Assembly: GCA_002633005.1 (NCBI GenBank)
Contig: NMRA01000005.1
Span: 1,471,635 to 1,535,634 of the forward strand
Reading direction: 5' to 3'
Length of the DNA stretch: 64,000 bases
Source of the DNA: Phoronis australis
Lineage: Eukaryota > Animalia > Phoronida
Shown: positions 61,401-64,000 of the stretch, piece by piece
Layout of the letters: each line of letters begins with the position of its first letter
How positions within the stretch are numbered: the first letter of the stretch is position 1
Made by a program: the position numbers and the translations under genes
The notes under the pieces: model-generated
Databases searched by the model: none
The model's input: the letters and a program-made list of their open reading frames with translations, nothing else
Told to the model about the DNA's origin: nothing

Positions 61401-63332
61401 CGTAGACTTCTTGACGGGTGTCTCTGAGTTGCTATGTCTGCTGCAAGTATATGTATGAAGATTTTGCATAAGACAGTTGTGACCGGCAGCTGCAAAGTAA
61501 GGCAGCATTTCAGAAACTGTTTTAGGTGAAGCTCCCAAATTGACGTTATTTCTGCTTTTAAAAAAGTCGAAGGATGTCAGTCATCTTCACATACTGTAGC
61601 CAAAGACAAATGATTCGACTTTGCAAGCTCAAGTTTGATTTATGTGCTTCCATTTTTTATGGATACCCACAAGACACTCCGACGAGCATACATCGTCGCA
61701 CACAGACGTCATGCCAGCAATAAGATCATCATACCGCTTCAGACCAGCTCTCAAATCATCATGAAGAATATCATTGGCCATTGATTCTTCTCACGAACTA
61801 TTCTCTGTCACTGCCAATTCTGAAGACCTAAACTCTGATTCAGTCGTGGCAGTAGGTCGGAAGCCAGAAGTGAACCCTCGTGAGGACATTCCACTATAAT
61901 CCAAGGTTCAGAATCGGAAGAAAATGGCTGGGCATGGCATGCCCAGAGTACATCTAGTTATGTGATCAGTTGGGATGTCTGGGATGTCTGAAGAATCTGT
62001 CTGCATATTCTGACGAGCCAAAATTTGTGTACAAGCATTGAACTGCTCCACCTCTTGGCATGGAATCTGTGTGTTCTGTGTTCGTGACATTCTGGACTCC
62101 TGGAATTTCTGAAGAACCTGAATTTCTTTCTTCATTGGTTTTGGATTAGCGTTACTTGATCTGTCAATATTTGGAAGTGGGATGTTGAATGTTCTGGCTT
62201 TTATGATAGAATGCAGTGCTGAGTCTACCAACATATGCCCCCCTCACTGGCACTAATTTCCTCTAAAATCAGTTACCTATGTTCATAAAAAGCATGCATA
62301 TAAACAAATTATGAGCCATAACTATTAAAAATTAATTAATAACTTTTTGTTACACAATCCTTTGGCTTTTCATCAAATTCAGGTGAAATCAGCAGCCAAA
62401 TTCTTAGTACATGCCAGCAGCAGACGAAATCGATGCTTGGGAATAACTAATAATATCCCAAATAGCAGAGAAAAAAGCCACTTTCTGCCCATTTTATTAA
62501 GGGTTTGTGTAATGAATAAGTCAATAACTCCACCAGAATAACATATTTTTCTATCAAATATTATTTTTGATACCTCAAATGAATATATTTTTCAGAAAAA
62601 TAATTCAGTGTGAAATTTATTATGAAAAACACACCAACTTTTATGTTATATAATCTAAAATTTGATTAAAATTCCACATTTAGTATCGAAATCTTAAAAA
62701 CAAATTATTGAAACAATCAACTCATTAACCCTGACTGTAGATTGTAAAATGTTTTTGTGTAAATGCGTATCAGGTTATAAACAAAGTTTGCAGAACGTAA
62801 ATGCGGTAAATTGGGGTTTGCGAATTGGCAGCCATTTTCGCGGCCATTTTGTCAGCCATCTTGATTTTTTTCTCGCAAACCAGTGACCAATTGTAAGGTA
62901 CAGATATTTTAAATTGTCTAACTTACAAAAGAATAAAACTTTTGCCATTTTCAGGGCAAAATATAAAAAGAAATCTTGCAACATGTACCAAATTGCCGTT
63001 TCGGCAGCTATTTTGTCGGCCATATTGGTTTTATTTTACGAAAAATTGTCATCTTATGATTGATATGCCTGTTATGAAAAGTATATAATCAATGACAAAC
63101 TTTATTGTTTATTTTCAGCTGTTACATAAGAGTAATATGCCAGAAAACAGTAAACACCGGTTTTGTCGGCCATTTTTCCCGCCATCTTGAAAAACCGGCT
63201 TCTGCCACTCCGATTTCGGTAGATTTTTTTCTGACACCAAGGGATGTTTGAAGATGACATTTATGCAAAAAAAACCTTCTGTTGCATTTTTTTCTAGGTT
63301 GGGTCCTCTGGAGCCCTAGAATGACTGGACTA
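58435..63332 (-). mobile_element. Academ DNA transposon with decayed transposase
   Basis: TIRs TAGTCCAGTCATTCTA and TAGAATGACTGGACTA extending about 140 bp, TSD TAA. Remnants VDPRLLFQRI, FELC...ALFD, QAQGDADVLIV...DDTDL (XPG/PIN-like) and APENLLKVVRCSCKTNCSSKRCTCRKLGL (CXC). Confidence 0.9.
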
Positions 63333-63627
63333 TAATGCTTTCGATTTAAAAATCTTGAGGGACTTTCTGATATGTAAGCTATGAATGTTTTTTTTTCACA
63401 GGAAATGATGTGTGTGTGTGTTGTCAAAATCAGTTGCATGCTGAGTTAGCCACTGAATGATCTCTAAAAAAATAATTGCAGGCGGTCTGATACACGTTGT
63501 ACCAGACGTGCGCAGGCCTCGCATGTGGGCCCATTGCACTGATCACCTGGAAATATTTTTGTGTTTTATTAATATGTGGTTAAAACCGAGCTGAGAAGTT
63601 AGAAACCTGGCTGAAGGGTTTAGCAGT

Positions 63628-63699
63628 GTGACCTGGTGGGACTCGAACCCACGACCTCGAGTAAAGAAAGCTGGCACTTATCAACCAGGCCATACTGCC
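63628..63699 (-). mobile_element. tRNA-derived SINE head
   Basis: Reverse complement GGCAGTATGGCCTGGTTG...GGTCGTGGGTTCGAGTCCCACC has A-box and B-box motifs and a T-arm, but no paired acceptor or anticodon stem. Confidence 0.6.
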
Positions 63700-64000
63700 T
63701 CCTCTTGAATGATCTCAGTGCTTAATATGCTCAAGGGCGTTTCGATCAAAGAGTGATATTTTGATTGGTTAGACTGATACATACCAAGGGAACTTGTACC
63801 ATGTGATAAAATGTAATTGTTTACATATGTTTTGGAAAAAATAAATGGTTTAACGAGATAATCAAACGTTAAAATTGTGTCTTTAGCATCTAACGTCAGT
63901 GTATAATACAGGATTACTTTTACATAAACATTTAAAACTATTATAGATTTTGGATTTCCTGTATTTAGTTAAGGTTAAGAATGCATGCCTACATGATGTT

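Noticed and set aside
63628-63699. Functional tRNA gene
   Set aside because: A and B boxes are present but the acceptor and anticodon stems do not pair; it fits a SINE head.
1-64000. Prokaryotic, phage or horizontally transferred operon
   Set aside because: No ORF in the track exceeds 192 aa, there is no operon-like packing, and the sequence is intron-exon structure plus metazoan transposons throughout.

Overview
AT-rich, repeat-dense animal genomic DNA (spliceosomal GT-AG introns; the transposon mix suggests a marine invertebrate, taxon not determinable). The host content is a minus-strand tandem cluster of an uncharacterised ~8-helix membrane protein with a C-terminal NFGxGLxEK motif, which from memory resembles the UPF0658/DUF7789-like family. 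Copy A is intact, with seven phase-compatible coding exons (21661->2224) and an uncertain last exon. Copy B is a partial duplicate with only exons 1-2 (38699->37845) and a TAA stop; it lies in a segmental duplication (~16-32.4 kb vs ~37.8-47.1 kb). Copy C is an older paralog of which only the 3' end is visible (54039->53790). The rest is layered, mostly decayed mobile DNA: a Gypsy element carrying two Harbinger insertions, two Academ elements, probable AcademH remnants, a Sola3 element, an R2/HERO-type LINE interrupted by an L1/Tx1 copy with a 14-bp TSD, Kolobok, Penelope, RTE-X and L2 fragments, MITEs, a tRNA-derived SINE head, a 12x29-bp minisatellite and a CA/GACA microsatellite. I found no CRISPR, rRNA, real tRNA or prokaryotic system. 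All alignments and counts were made by eye and all family names come from remembered motifs, not searches.
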